Translations under genes and position numbers: made by a program
The notes under the pieces: model-generated
The model's database searches: none
What the model saw: only the letters and a program-made list of their open reading frames with translations
Told to the model about the DNA's origin: nothing
Shown here: in pieces, positions 1 through 13,110 of the stretch
How positions within the stretch are numbered: the stretch's first letter is position 1
How the letters are laid out: each line of letters begins with the position of its first letter
From: Bispira polyomma
Lineage: Eukaryota
Direction: 5' to 3'
Assembly (NCBI GenBank): GCA_965649765.1
Contig: OZ287755.1
Location: 36,456,001 to 36,520,000 of the forward strand
DNA length: 64,000 nt

Positions 1-132
1 TACCTATGCAAGGTTACTTTTCGCCTAAGTTGTTGCACAGACGTCACTCTTTGCCTCAAAAAATACACTGCCCATTCACTCTTGTATTTTGTTCAAGATT
101 TATGTTACCACTTTTACCAAGTCTGAATAAAA

Positions 133-333
133 AATGAAATGAAATAGTACATTTGTTATAGCGCACTTACGGAACACAGCGTCCTTTCAAATGAGCTTCC
201 TCATGGGCAGCCACTATGGGTGCCGAGGTGCTTGAAGATGACCATATATCAATGTCCCCAAGGATCTTTAATCTGCCACTGGAGATATTACTCAGAGACA
301 GAGGACCGCCATATAAAGTGGTCATCCGAGCCA
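133..333 (-). mobile_element. SINE fragment (Deu/Nin-domain-like core, (ATTTC)n tail)
   Basis: The reverse complement (CTCGGATGACC...GGCGGTCC...TTAAAGATCCTTGGGG...GCGCTATAACAAATGTACTATTTCATTTC) aligns with a second copy at about 39731-39933. The domain label is from recall. Confidence 0.7.
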
Positions 334-1475
334 ATCAAAAATGAAATTCCTCTATTAAAGAAAGGTTAAAATCACACTTTTGAACATAGTGATAAGGTTT
401 TGCTGTTATTACTAGAAAACAGTAATAACCTGCAAGCAAGATATCATGGACCATATCAAGTTTAAAAAGGATGGTTGATGTTGTTTGCTTCACATTTTTT
501 TTCTGTGAATTTACAATTTCCTGTAGGATAACTATTTAAACCTTTCATGTAATTTATTGTATTTTCTGATATAACTAAATAGCACAAAAATAAAATGTTG
601 CAACCTCACTCCATAACCTTATTTTAATTATTAATAATAACAAATCTTTATTTACTCTAGGTGTATGAACAGGAGTTATGTGATAACCAAGTTAGATAAT
701 ATACATTATAATTACAAGAATTATAATACACACAACAGGCTGGAAGTTATTAACATGTGCAAACAAAATTTAGCATAAAATTAATTTAATTTTTCTGACA
801 ATGAGAATATTCTCTATCTCTGATGAACAAAAGTTCCATTATATTTCCAATATTTTAATAGTCAGATGGTGAATATTCAAAATTTCAATTTTCTATACTA
901 TGCATTTGGAGCATTATTTTTACAAATCGAGAACTGACTACATCTTAAGACTTCTTGAATTAAGTTTAAATTACCACAACTGACAGAGCTACTATCATTA
1001 TTAATCTACCACAAAAGCTTACATTGAAAAAATTTGACAAAGCGTTTATATTTGACGAATAGTTCTAAAGTACACATCCTTGTATAGACATGCAAAAAGT
1101 TTTTAATAGCTTGTACTTACATTGACATATGCATCATTTAAAAACATATTAAGACCATTGGTAGCCCTTACAAATGAATCAATACATTTCTGCATAAATC
1201 ACTCAGACTCAGACTCTGGTCCAATGAAGTGACCCAAGTGAGAAGCATATTTAGCTATTAAAATGCACTAATTGTTTCTTATTGTTATTAAATAGAACAT
1301 TACCATCATTTCCACAATGTTCACATATAGAGAGCACAAATTTGAAGGCCTGAATACTAGGAGCCAGGATAGCAATATCATCTGCATAAGATAATGAACC
1401 ATGATAAAGATTAACAATGCAACATCCAACTCCCGAAAGTTTTTGACTTGCCTTTTATGTCTCTCTCTATATATA

Positions 1476-3339
1476 TGTTACAGTCAATCTTTGAAACCAG
1501 TCATTACACGTAATGACTAAAACTTTCAGTCATTTCACGTAATGACTGAAATCACCAGTCATTATGCGTAATGACTAAAATTTCCAGTCATTTCGCATAA
1601 TGACTGAAATTGATGGTTCATTTTTGCACAGATTGACTAATCAGGATAATTTGATTTCAGTCAATCTGTGTTACGGTGTTGATAATAGTTTACTATGAAA
1701 AGATGTAGTAAGCCAATATAGTATGTCTTTGAATATTTTAATGCAAAACCCTCTATCTGTAACTTTTTTTATTTCTTTTCAACAATGTGGACTTAAATTC
1801 TATGAAGGATTGTTTAAATTCATAATTATTTCATGCAATAGAAGTATTTCAGATGGGAATTATATTGTGTGAATTACTATTATTTTATGCATTATAAGTA
1901 TCTCAAGTGAGGTTTTAAATTGTCTTAATTGCAAGATAAAATTTAGAAATATTTCTTTGTCTCCTAAAAGTAAATTCTAAATGTAACTTCTTTAATTTTT
2001 TTTAAAAAAGGCCATTTCTCTGATATTTATGTGTTTTTATTTGAAATCATAGTTCAAAGAAACCAGAAATAGTTGATAATACTATGAAGTTAATCTTGCC
2101 CACTGGCATTGCCTTAAGTGCAATTCAGCATATACCTTCTTTTGTAATTAGCTAATTTGTGTTGCTACCTGTGTAAGGATTTAGTTGGATATTTCACACA
2201 AAGATCATCCTAATGAAAGTTAATAGCCCCTTTAATGCTGAACAACAAATTCCATCTTTATGGAATTTCTTAACTGTGTGAAAGCCTGAGTAGGGATTTA
2301 GCTGAATCCCCGAGTACATTTTTTGAGTATAAATAGCCCCTCAATAAGACTTGTCTAATAAAACTGTTTGGAATACTACATCAATTGCACATCATTTGGT
2401 GTTGATTTTTATAATGGCAGAGTCATTTGAAAATAAATTTAAAGCAGAGCTTTACAAAAAGTATGATGAATGTAAAAAAAGTTTTTATTCCTAAAGTTGA
2501 ATTTGAATTTGGATATTTAACGTCCACTCTAGTACCTTTTAGTAGGCTATATTGGGACGGGTAGTTAGAAACACTGGAGGAAACACTGCATACAGTCGGT
2601 CAAGGTTCTGCAGAGAAACCAGCGGCCCACAGTAAGGAACTACCACCTTTCCCACATAGGCATCGGCGGGATTCGAACTCACGCCGCCCAGAGGTGAGAG
2701 ACCAGTGATTGTGAAGCGCAATGCTTGCTAACCACCAGGCCAACGTGGCCCCTTTATTCCTAAAGAACAATACTGCAACTTGATAGCGAATCTGTAATTA
2801 ATTGCAAGCAACAGTCAGACAAAAAGTAGACAAGGATACTACATGTACTTACTCTCAAAGTAAGTTTATAAGAGTTTAAGAAACAGTGTAGCTTTCAGAT
2901 TGTTTTTTTTTAAATTTGTATATGAACTTTAATCAATACATCCAGTATAATTTGGTAATTATCCATACTTTAGTAATGTACATCATAGAGTTAATGAGTA
3001 GACATCTGTTATTGTATGTCTGATGTAAACCTATTGACGGTATTGTATGTCTATGTCAGTGTGTAATAAACAACAGCTTGTATTTATTCAATTTGTTTTA
3101 TTTCTTATCACACATAATTCTTATTACAAGTATGTGATCATAATATATAATATTATTGTCTGCTCAATATACTTTCAGTCATTACGCATAATGATTGGAC
3201 CATAATTTCAGTTGTTACGCGAAATGACTGGAAATTTTAGTCATTACGCGTAATGACTAGTGGTTTTAGTCATTATGCGAAATGACTGAAAGTTTCAGTC
3301 ATTACACGTAATGACTGGTTTCACAGATTGACTGTAACA
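1476..3339. mobile_element. Non-autonomous DNA transposon with long TIRs containing ~30-bp palindromic subrepeats
   Basis: TGTTACAGTCAATCT at the left end and AGATTGACTGTAACA at the right. About 150-bp inverted ends are built of CAGTCATTACNNGTAATGACTG units. Both ends abut (TA)n. Confidence 0.8.
2497..2752 (-). mobile_element. Full-length tRNA-derived SINE with 13-bp TSD
   Basis: Head GGGGCCACGTTGGCCTGGTGG (A box), GAGTTCGAATCC (B box), tail GGACGTTAAATATCC(AAATTC)n. TSD TTTATTCCTAAAG at 2484-2496 and 2753-2765. Related copy at about 17653. Confidence 0.9.
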
Positions 3340-3433
3340 TATATATATACATATATTTATATATATATATATAACGGGTGATAAAATTCATTGTAATATT
3401 TCAGAAGCATTGCCTTAATTTAATCATTTTCAG

Positions 3434-4610
3434 TGAATGGTGAAAGTAATCAAGTGTCTATAAAAGAAGTCATGTCTGCCAAAGATGACGTTCTTGATGT
3501 GTTGGAAGATTCCTACAGAAGATACAAGCACACTTCAAAAATGGGTAAAACAATGTCCACCACTGCACGTGTTCTTGTTATTCTTTATTGAGTATAGAGC
3601 AATATTCAAAACTGCTACCTTAATCTGTAAATATCTCAATTCAGGTCCTCCTTGGTATTTCAGTCCTTACTTGTCTCCTCATACATGTCAACACAACACA
3701 AGGTGTAGTAGGCCTGAAAATAATTTATTAAGTGTTCCTACTTTTGTATGATCAGTTCATAAGTCCAAAAGTCATTTAAACAATGGTTTCCCATGTGATG
3801 CTCCTAAGCTGTGTAATGATCTGCCTCACGATATTCTCACTGCCTCCTTACTAGCCGGTTTTAGAAAAAAGCTCAAAACCTGCTTATTCAGCTAGGCTTT
3901 TCCACTTTTGCCTCCCTTGTCATTTCCGGTGTCTCCATGTTCACAACCCTGTATGTCCAATGGCTATATGAAATTGTAAACATGATTTTCTGCCTCATGC
4001 ACCGTACAATCTGCTAGCACAGATAGAAGTACTGTAAAGATTAGATTAGATTAAAAGGGGCGCACGGTGCCTTAGTGCTTTTAAGTATGTGCTTTTAAAT
4101 AGCTGGCCTCTGGGGATTGAATCCCACAGATTCATTCCTTATATGGGGAAAGTCTGTCATAAACAAACTAATTACAATATGTGACGAGTCCTGTATTGCT
4201 AGAGGTCGTTATTGAATGCCAGCAGTATATTTAATCTGTGGTGTGTGTTTTAGGACTTCAGCTAACTGTAAACCCTATTATACTGAAAAATTTCCTTCAG
4301 TTCCGTATGATAGTTTTCTGTTGGGATCAAAAGGGTTAAATATCCAAGTGTTGCACTCTTATAGACAACAGTAATTAAACTTCTGTATTTTTACAGATAT
4401 AACCTCCAGACATGAGGGGTGCATTTTTCAAGGGCGTTACGTCGAGTTTGACCCCAGGCATATCAAGAGAGGAGATCACGTAGCTTGGTAGAGGAACCTC
4501 TACTATCACCATGCCATTGTGGTCAGCGAATCCCTTAAATGTGGAGCCTATGTGATACACTACAGCCAGATCGAAAGATGAGGTCATGCTAAACTGTGCC
4601 TAGAATTCAT
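3434..4610 (+). pseudogene. LRAT/NC-domain (permuted NlpC/P60, PLAAT-like) gene remnant; exons 3434-3544 and 4397-~4610
   Basis: AG/GT-bounded phase-1 exons join in frame. Exon 2 reads IKRGDHVAW*RNLYYHHAIVV...AYVIHYS with stops at 4489 and 4579, then is cut by a LINE relic. Confidence 0.65.
3556..4052 (+). mobile_element. L2/CR1-type LINE 3' fragment
   Basis: IEYRAIFKT...APKL.NDLP...FRKKLKT-like C-terminus and (TTAGA)n tail. Homologous to 17020-17936. Confidence 0.8.
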
Positions 4611-4612
4611 GT

Positions 4613-5700
4613 TCACGAGTATTTTTCTATAATATGCAATAATTGTTTTGTAAGATGTAGAGCTTTATTCTTATAAATAGAAGACAAAGGCTCTTTACCA
4701 AAGAACTTTACATATTTAACCCTATCGAAAGTTTTACTACAATCTAGTAGCATTACAAATACATCGGAGTTACAATTTATATAATACAGCACAACTTTAT
4801 TTAGGACATACATACATTGAATATCGTAGTTTGTTAAATACACTTCTGTTAGCTATTACTCTGTAGTTATCAGAATCATTGGGAGATTTCTGCCTATTTT
4901 TAACAATTTGTACTATTTTTGCCATGCATAATTTTTGGGGAGCAGAACCATAAATAATCATTGTAAACATTGTAAATCGGACTTAGACAGACATATAATC
5001 TAGGACAAATTTATAATAATACTTGTGTATAGATCTGAATTGTCATCACTTTTACTAGCTTTTAACCGCTTCACCGATTCAGTAACATTGACTATAGTAA
5101 TTGAGTGTAAAGAGTAAAACTTGTTCTTTCAACAGTTTAACTTAATATCTGACTGTATTCTGTCAGAAGAACTTGTCTTTACTGTATGCAACCCTATTGT
5201 ACAATTATTTATACTTTTTTGTAAATACCTTGCTGATATTTTCACTGTTAGCAACATTATCAACGGAAGATTTAACCTGTTTTACATCTTTCCAAATTGT
5301 ATCAATAATACTTTGTAACAAATTGTATTAGCAATTATTATATATTTTTTTCATATGGCGAATAGGATAATGATACATTGCTTTACTAAAGCATCTCATA
5401 CTTGCAATATACCCACACAGAGGGGAACCACTATTTTTCCGCAGGTTGTACCAATGAAGTGCCTTTTTTATGAAATTTCACATGTTCTTTCCATCTAGGC
5501 ACATCACAATACAGCTTTTTTAAGGAATCTATATGACCAACATTTGAACATAGAAAGTCTTTACACTGTAAAAGAGAACTGGGCATATTTATAATAGAGA
5601 AGTACTTATCAAAAACTATTTCATATACCTCAATGTCTTCCTTTTTTACCATGTCCTAATAGAACTTACAATTACTATGTATATCAGTTTTTGATACAAC
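4613..5700 (-). mobile_element. Degenerate non-LTR retrotransposon (LINE) ORF2 fragment
   Basis: VFVMLLDCSKTFDRV (RT LDxSKAFD motif) plus upstream linker fragments, with many stops. Confidence 0.65.
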
Positions 5701-5779
5701 ATATAGTAATCAGTCCACTTGATAGTTAAGATATAAAGTCATTGATCCAAGTTGTTAATGGAAGTCAATAATCAAATTT

Positions 5780-8700
5780 CTGTTTGAGCGCTTTATTTTT
5801 GATATACATGTTAGTATATGTATATACAGGTTAACAATTTGTAAAATAAATGTTTAAAATTTTATAATTTTTTAAGCCCCAAGCCCAACTAGAAAGAAGA
5901 AGGAATGGCTGATGCGCAAAAGTAATAGGCACTAAAGATACATTGTGATTAAATGCAAAAGTTGCACCAGATCTTCTGAAAGTATGGAATCCATGTGATA
6001 AATATTGAATGACAATGTGTGTTAAAACTTTCTCTAGTGCGGTTCGCACATGTGTTTCTACTACAGTTTGATATTAAATTGTGCTAACTGCAAACAGTGG
6101 TGCAGTAGGAGGTAGGGTTCTAGAAGCTAATAATTTTTATAATGCCAAAACAGGACAGAACCTTGTTCTGCAATTGTGGTATCTGTATGATGTGTGTGTC
6201 CCTTGTTTTGCAAATTTTTGACCTACTTCAGAATGATGTGAGCCCCAGGGTGTCCAAAAATTATGGCTTGTCTGAGTAAATGTCTGCTGCTATCAAATAA
6301 AGCCCTCGAATGTGGGGCAATATTGGACAGTCTTAGGAAAGCAATGTAAGCCAGTAAAAATAAACCCCTATATAGTACGGGATCATCCAGGATGTCACAA
6401 GCCATGGAAATTTTAGCTAACTGAAATTTAACTTAAAACTAATTTAGATTAATGTCTTATGTTTAGGACGACATGTAGAGTTTATTGTTATACTCCTGAT
6501 GAATAATGCGACAGCATTGTGGGTAAAGAGGGCTAAATCCCAATTTAACTTTTTTGCAATAAATTTGAGAGATGAAATATAATTTGCTACCACAGCTGGC
6601 GAAGTATTGTTTTGAATGAGATATTCCATGAAAGCCAACACTGAATGAACTGAGATATTAGTAATACATGCAAACTGATTGAATGCCAGGAAAGTTTTAA
6701 ACTGATTGTTATAACTAATAGTTGTCTTTGGTCATAAAGCTGTGTCAGTTCTACTGCATGCTGAGCTCATGAAGTGTTGACTGATGAAAGTAGAACCTGA
6801 AATTATATAGATAGATTTAGGTTAAAATGTTTAATTGGCACTACTTCCCAGTTAAAATTATTATATAAATTATACAGTGTCTCCCTATTGGGTGGTGTTT
6901 CACAATAAAATATGGATAATGCATCAGCTGTCACATTATGTCTGATATTAATAGTGATATCATGTGTAGCTGTTATTAGCCATATATTTTTTAGCAAAGT
7001 GCCAGGAAACTGTCTTTTGTTTTTTGGCTTTCAACAACCAGTACAACGGCCATGTTGTCACAGTAAACAGTCAGTCTACTGCGAGCCCATTTTTCCGCCC
7101 AAATTTTTAAAGCAATAACTATATTGAGCATTTCTAGATGCACAATAGTAAGCTCCTTACCATATACATTATACTATGGTATTGAACATACTTGTTTGTT
7201 CCAAACGCCTCCTAAACCAGATAAGCAAGCGTCCAGATGTAACTCATCCACATTCAGAATTTCCTTTGGATCAATGTAAGTGATACCATTATATTGAGGT
7301 AAAAATTTCTGAAACCATAGTAAATCTCCCTGCATCTCACCAGTAATCTTAAATTTGTTTGAATTCTGGTTATGTCTAAATGTAAATAATAGCCTATTAA
7401 TAAAAGTACGTGCAGGTTGTATACACTTATGAACATAAAGTAGTTTACCTAATAGCGATTGGAATTTTGTATGTGAGATATGACATTTATTTGAGATGTT
7501 ATTTACCATTTCTAAAATTTCTGGTATTTTCTAATGCTGTATACTGTTAGTACCTGCTACTATATCAAAATCTATGCCTAAGCCAAGTTCATGGGAAAAC
7601 TTCATGGTCTAGCAATAATTTACTTAAAATGTTGAAGCCTTTATCCGCTTCCTGCTTATTGCAAATGCAAATGTAGCCATCGAGATAGCAAAATAGATTG
7701 TAGCCACATTTCTTCATATGTGCCGCTATTGTGGTGGAACAACACTTCCGTGTACCCAGCCGAATGCTACCGCAGGAGCCACGTCTTGCCCTTCAGCAAA
7801 TTGTATAGCTAGTTTTAAAGCATCTACTGGATCTACCCTGAGATTACGAAATGCTCTGGCCACATCAATTTTGAATAATACTGGATCTGTTGTTGCCCAA
7901 ATCGCTTCCGTAATATCGTCAATCATGGGAAATTTTAGTAAGAATTTGACCCTATCAAACTGTGTTTTGTTAACATTTCATTCAAGAAACGAAAACCCCG
8001 GAGGGTATAACAAGTTAAGTATAACTCTGCCTTTGTCAACGTCCTTTGGTCTCGTGAGAAGGGGCAAACAATAGTAATATGGTGAATTCACCTTTGCTAC
8101 TGGGCACAACATGATTTCCTTCAACTTTTCTTTAACTAGATATTACCCAACTTCCTCAGAAAATTGTGAAGCAGAAGAGTGAGTTATAACCTTAGCATTA
8201 TTTGAAACAGAATTGTAAAAATGCGCAATATCAAATGCAATATGTTATGTTAGTATTTAATTGTTGAGAGTCAGTCAGTGAGTGATAAAGGAAATTCAAA
8301 TATTATGTATTGTAATAATAATTGGCCTGGATAATCTTTCAACATTTCTTTCCATGCTTTATGGTGAAGGCCTGAAATCAAAGGACTTCTTGCCTGCTTA
8401 TAGTTAGGGAGTCTTGTGCCTCTAATTATAGCAATTTTATCAATTGAATCAATGTTTCTAGGTTTTTGTTCAGGACCTATGAATTCGAATTTTGTTGAAG
8501 ATAATGCCATAAAACATACTTTCTTATCATTTATGGTAATATTTTTAACATTTTCACCAGTTTCAGCCAAGCTAGTTTTGCAGAAGAAATCTTGGATCGG
8601 ACATATGTATATTTTATCTCTAGGCACTCTGTCCAAAGTATGTTGCCTATTCACAGTACTTACTGTTACATTGGTTATGTTAGCCAATGAAGTCTCAGCT

Positions 8701-10660
8701 TTACTGTTGTCTGCTTCTGATTCCACATTACACATTTTATCAATGATATTTGACAAATATTTTGACCATATTTTTTATAACACATGATATCTCTATTATA
8801 CAAATAGTGATCATTCCATGATTGTTGCCTTTCCTGGAGATCTGCCTGATACACCTGTCGATTGGGAATTAAATTTCTAATTTCTCTGGGTACATGAATT
8901 ACTGTGTTATATACATTAATAATCAGTAGCTTATCATGGGGCAAATCAGTCACATGACTGCTGCTCTGTGTGTAAAACTTGTCCGGAAACTGTGACACAT
9001 TATTTCATAAAATGCCCTGCTTATGCTGCTCATAAGTACTTGAATTAATCCACTTGGAAGACCAAGCAAGTTATCACATATTTTAATGTATGGCCCTGGT
9101 CTTTTTAAAATTGATAGAACACTATTCTATATAGTACAGTTGTTTATTTCACACACCAATAGGTTCACTATCAATTAGATTTTAATGTCAAACATATTAC
9201 AAGTCATCCTATTATTCATCTTTTGTACTATGCAATAACTTCTTGTTTTGCCAAATTATCACTCAATAGTGTATAGTATTTCTTTTTGTACCATATCTTG
9301 TTGTTTAACTGTAAAATGTGTTGTTGTGTTTTTTGGACAAGAACCCAAAGTGGCTTGTAGCTGTGGGTAATGGTCGTTAAATAAATGATGTTTAAATAAA
9401 ACATTTAAAAAATCAGTCTCAGATTCATACTTGATTTGATCATCCTGTCCGTGATGATACATATAATAGAAACCACGAATATTTCCTTCTCTACTTTTTA
9501 AGTACACTATGGAAGCCCTAATGAACTAATGCTCACAAAATTGGTTCCAGTTTTTAACACTTACTGTTATCCCATAAGCAATAATGCAGATCTTTCTCTT
9601 GGAAATCAACACAGCCTGAATAATGACTATCTTTAGCCAAGTTATGAGAGATTACGCTGTCGACTTGATTGTCATTTTGTACCTACTGTGAAAACTGTAA
9701 GAGGTCATTATGACTGGTTTGAAAATTCAATTCAGAACAAACATTAATATCAGATTTTTGACTGCTTTCAGATCTGACGGGGATCTTCACAACGTCCTCC
9801 TCTACTACTGCAGGTACATATCTTAACAAGATGAAGTAACATTGGTGACAACATTATTACTAATAACATTTTCTTCATCATGCACATCAAAACTGTAAAA
9901 TACTTCGTTATTTACACAATCTTTACCATTTGTTACATTATGACTACTGTGAGTATTTTCATTACTATTTCTAAGCTCATTATATTCTCCTTATTCTGCT
10001 ATTACACTCAGTTCTAATTGTTCGTTCAACTGGTTATTGAAAAATTTCACTTAAATTCCGGATGATTGGAATCTTTTCCTAAGGTACGGCTGCAATGCCA
10101 ACAAATGTGTCTATAGTTACGGTGATCTGTTTTATGACTACACTTTCAATTGTTATATACTTTACATATAATTTTTGCTTCACTACTACTAGTTACACTG
10201 CTGGAAGAGGTACCATTCAACATGGCCATCTGTAAGGCACTTAGCCCGTTAAGTGCCCATTGAGTGTCGTTCTGCAACGAAAGCTTCCTTAAAGGCAGAG
10301 ATTACCTGTCGGATCATGTGCCTCATCTTGTTGGGATCTGTTATAAGGAGCGAGTTCGCTAGCTGCCCTGCCATCCACTGAGGCATCGACAAATCGTCAA
10401 ATGCCAGCTCCTTCTTAGCTGAACCTTCTACCCAGCCCTCATTTGGCCACCGAAATCTAGCTGTAGTCGGCTGTAGTTACATCAGTGCTATTAAATCTAC
10501 CTGACTTGTGTTTTAATGAGATAAATTATGTTGAGCCATAGTCGTGTACTGGGCTAACTGTCTGGTCACTTCCGACTGGATGTGTGGCAGCGAACTCAGC
10601 GCGTCTAAATTAGGCTCAATGCCATCTTGTCGAAATTCGGCCCCTGTATGAGCAGAGTGT
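5780..10660 (-). mobile_element. Degenerate Ngaro-like YR retrotransposon (gag, RT/RNase H, YR relics)
   Basis: Fragments are colinear with the 29273-36018 element: FHTFRRSGATFAF (YR), LHLDACLSGLGG (RNase H), FKIDVARAFRNL (RT), and the gag DDLSMPQWMAGQLANS region at about 10350-10400. Confidence 0.9.
8995..9255 (+). mobile_element. Short LINE 3'-end fragment inserted in the YR relic
   Basis: Reads HYFIKCPAYAAH...ILMYG...FISHTNRF, typical of LINE ORF2 C-termini. It interrupts colinearity of the host relic. Confidence 0.5.
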
Positions 10661-12904
10661 ATATTTGTTGAAACCTTACACTATTTCTTATTCTTAGAAA
10701 TTTTCCAAGAATGATCATTGATTCTAAGCTAAGATTGCTAAGAAAAAGACTTGACATTCTTATGTATTTGATGAATGTTTGTGTGACCTTCTCCAGGAAG
10801 ATATGGGACCTATTTTAATAACATTCTTACTCTTAAAATTCCTGTTATTCTTAGATTTCTAAGAATAATTCTAAGTATAAGAAATTTGGTATTCACTAAA
10901 ATCTTATTCGCCACATTTGAAGATGGGAGTATTGTAAACAGTGGTCACACAATTATCAGAAAACACATATGCCTACACTTCTATGCACAATTTATCGCTA
11001 AAAAATTATTACTATAATAATTAATTGTTAACTGAGATTTGACTTGTAAATACGATTTCATTTTGAGAATAAAAAAATTCTTAGTATTAAAATTTTGTAA
11101 TTTCAAGAAGTCTAAGCCCTTGCGAGTCCCTTGGAGATACTTCCCCCCCCCCTCCAAAAAAAAGGTGCCACATTTAAATATTAGTGATGAATATATGTTT
11201 TCATTTCTGCTGATAACCTGCCGAGTGTTGTCCATTCTGTCCACATTTCCAGGCATTATCCATATCTTTGCTTTCAATGGCCTGTATGTCGCGGTACATA
11301 TCAACTATGTAGCAACTTGCATTACAACACATCTGGCTTATGTAGCGTTCACACCTTTACATTATCCAGAGTAATTGACTCCCAATCTCAAGAACTTGTA
11401 TGAACTGAAGTAAACGTCTGTCATCTAGGCATAAACTGGGCATGAACTGGAAAGAATAGGAAGCAGAGACGGAGATTTTGAACATGTTCAAAACTTCCGT
11501 GGGTGGTCAGCTCTAACAGCACATCTGGAGAAAACTGGAAACAAGGGGTGTGGTCGGGGAATAAACAGGGCACAAACAGGTATAAATTGCTTAGAACTTG
11601 TGTGATATGGACAGGACTGCTGTAATCTGGAGCCAAAGTTGCATAAATGTGTGATGATATGCTTAGATATAATATGGTCCGAGCATAAACTGGTCACAAA
11701 CTTGTAAGATCTATTTAAAACTGGGCATATCATGTGGATAACCTGGGCTTAAAAGGGGCAAAATCCTTTATATAAATTAGGCATATCCCGGGAATGATCT
11801 GGTGAATGATATGCAAAGGATCATTGTCACCAAGTCCCTCCAGATCATTCATTTTCTATTGATTGGGTTTAAACTGCTAACAAAGTGGCAGAGAACTTGA
11901 TAGTGTGAAAGCTATATTAAATACAACCGAAGATGTCAAACTTTTCTGAGCAACAGTAAAACCAATTGCTTTAAAAGTAGTAGTCTGCTATTAATGATAA
12001 ATTTTGATCATTGTATTCTAGTTCTGTGTTTTTCTTAAATTTTGCTCCAACTGTTTCATTCTAATTTATTTACAATATGCCATTAAATTATTATAATTAC
12101 TATTCATCAATAGCCTTTTTTCATGAAATCACTTTTTTTAATTGAAAGAAAATTGGAATAAAACTTTGACAAAAAAAAATGATATAATCCACACTATGTC
12201 ATGGTAGAAGTCCAGTTTGCTAAAATTTAGGTAGAAAGTGCAATTGGACATGTATATCCTATCATATTTGTCATATTGTTTCAGTCGAGCTACACCCTGT
12301 ACTATATCACAATGATTTTTTAAGACGAGTGGCATATATCCTAAATTCTGATTAGTTGTGAGTGCATTATATTATTGCTAAGGCTGCGAGGTAGAGTGTG
12401 TGAAGTGCATCAATTATAGCCCCACACAGACACACTCGATACATCAAAAAACCCATTCCAACTAAATAAAGTACTAATACAAACCTAAACTCTACTATTT
12501 ATTATATTTTCCACAATATAACTTCAAATTTAGGTGTAAATAAGCATAAAGTTACATTTCATGTATCTACTATTTATATCTTTTCCTAGGCAACAATGTG
12601 CTTTTGGACGCACACTAAAATTTGGCCAATAGGGAGTGGAATAAAATATTAAAGTAAAATCGATGCATCGGTATGTTTACCACAGTCGATTAATGCATCA
12701 ACAAAACAACTAATCGCCAAAGCCTTAATTATTACTTCCGCTGATTTCTTCATTTATAAACTACCCATTGTAAAGTTGATGGAAATGTAAATTTTATATG
12801 GCAAAGGCTCACAAATAAACATACAACAATAAATACAAGCTATCTATAATTACATTTTAGAACAGTAATATTATTTTGTTAAGCTTTGAATTTAGTTAAG
12901 TTTT

Positions 12905-13110
12905 ACATTGTTTTCAACAGCTCAGGTAAAATCTCGATGGCTAAATTTAATGGTGGAAAAAACCCAGTACTCCAGTACTGTAAACTACCAACCTTGGAAA
13001 ATGACCTGATAAACTGTCCCACTCGAAGAAACTAATAGGATTTGAACCCACATTGGTGAGAGACCACTTATTCAGGAATAGGCGCTTCTAACTAATAGGC
13101 CGCTGTGACT
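12905..13110 (-). mobile_element. Diverged tRNA-derived SINE
   Basis: Minus strand contains GGTCTCTCACC...GGGTTCAAATCC (B box) and a GCTGTTGAAAA tail, resembling the 2497-2752 SINE. Confidence 0.55.

Noticed and set aside
1497-1610. CRISPR array
   Set aside because: Spacers are only about 7-8 bp, the array is mirrored at 3175-3320 as part of TIRs, there are no cas genes, and the context is eukaryotic.
2660-2752. tRNA gene
   Set aside because: It is a tRNA-like head of a SINE, with body, tail and TSD.
4375-4587. Minus-strand 70-aa ORF as a gene
   Set aside because: It is the antisense shadow of the LRAT-like exon.
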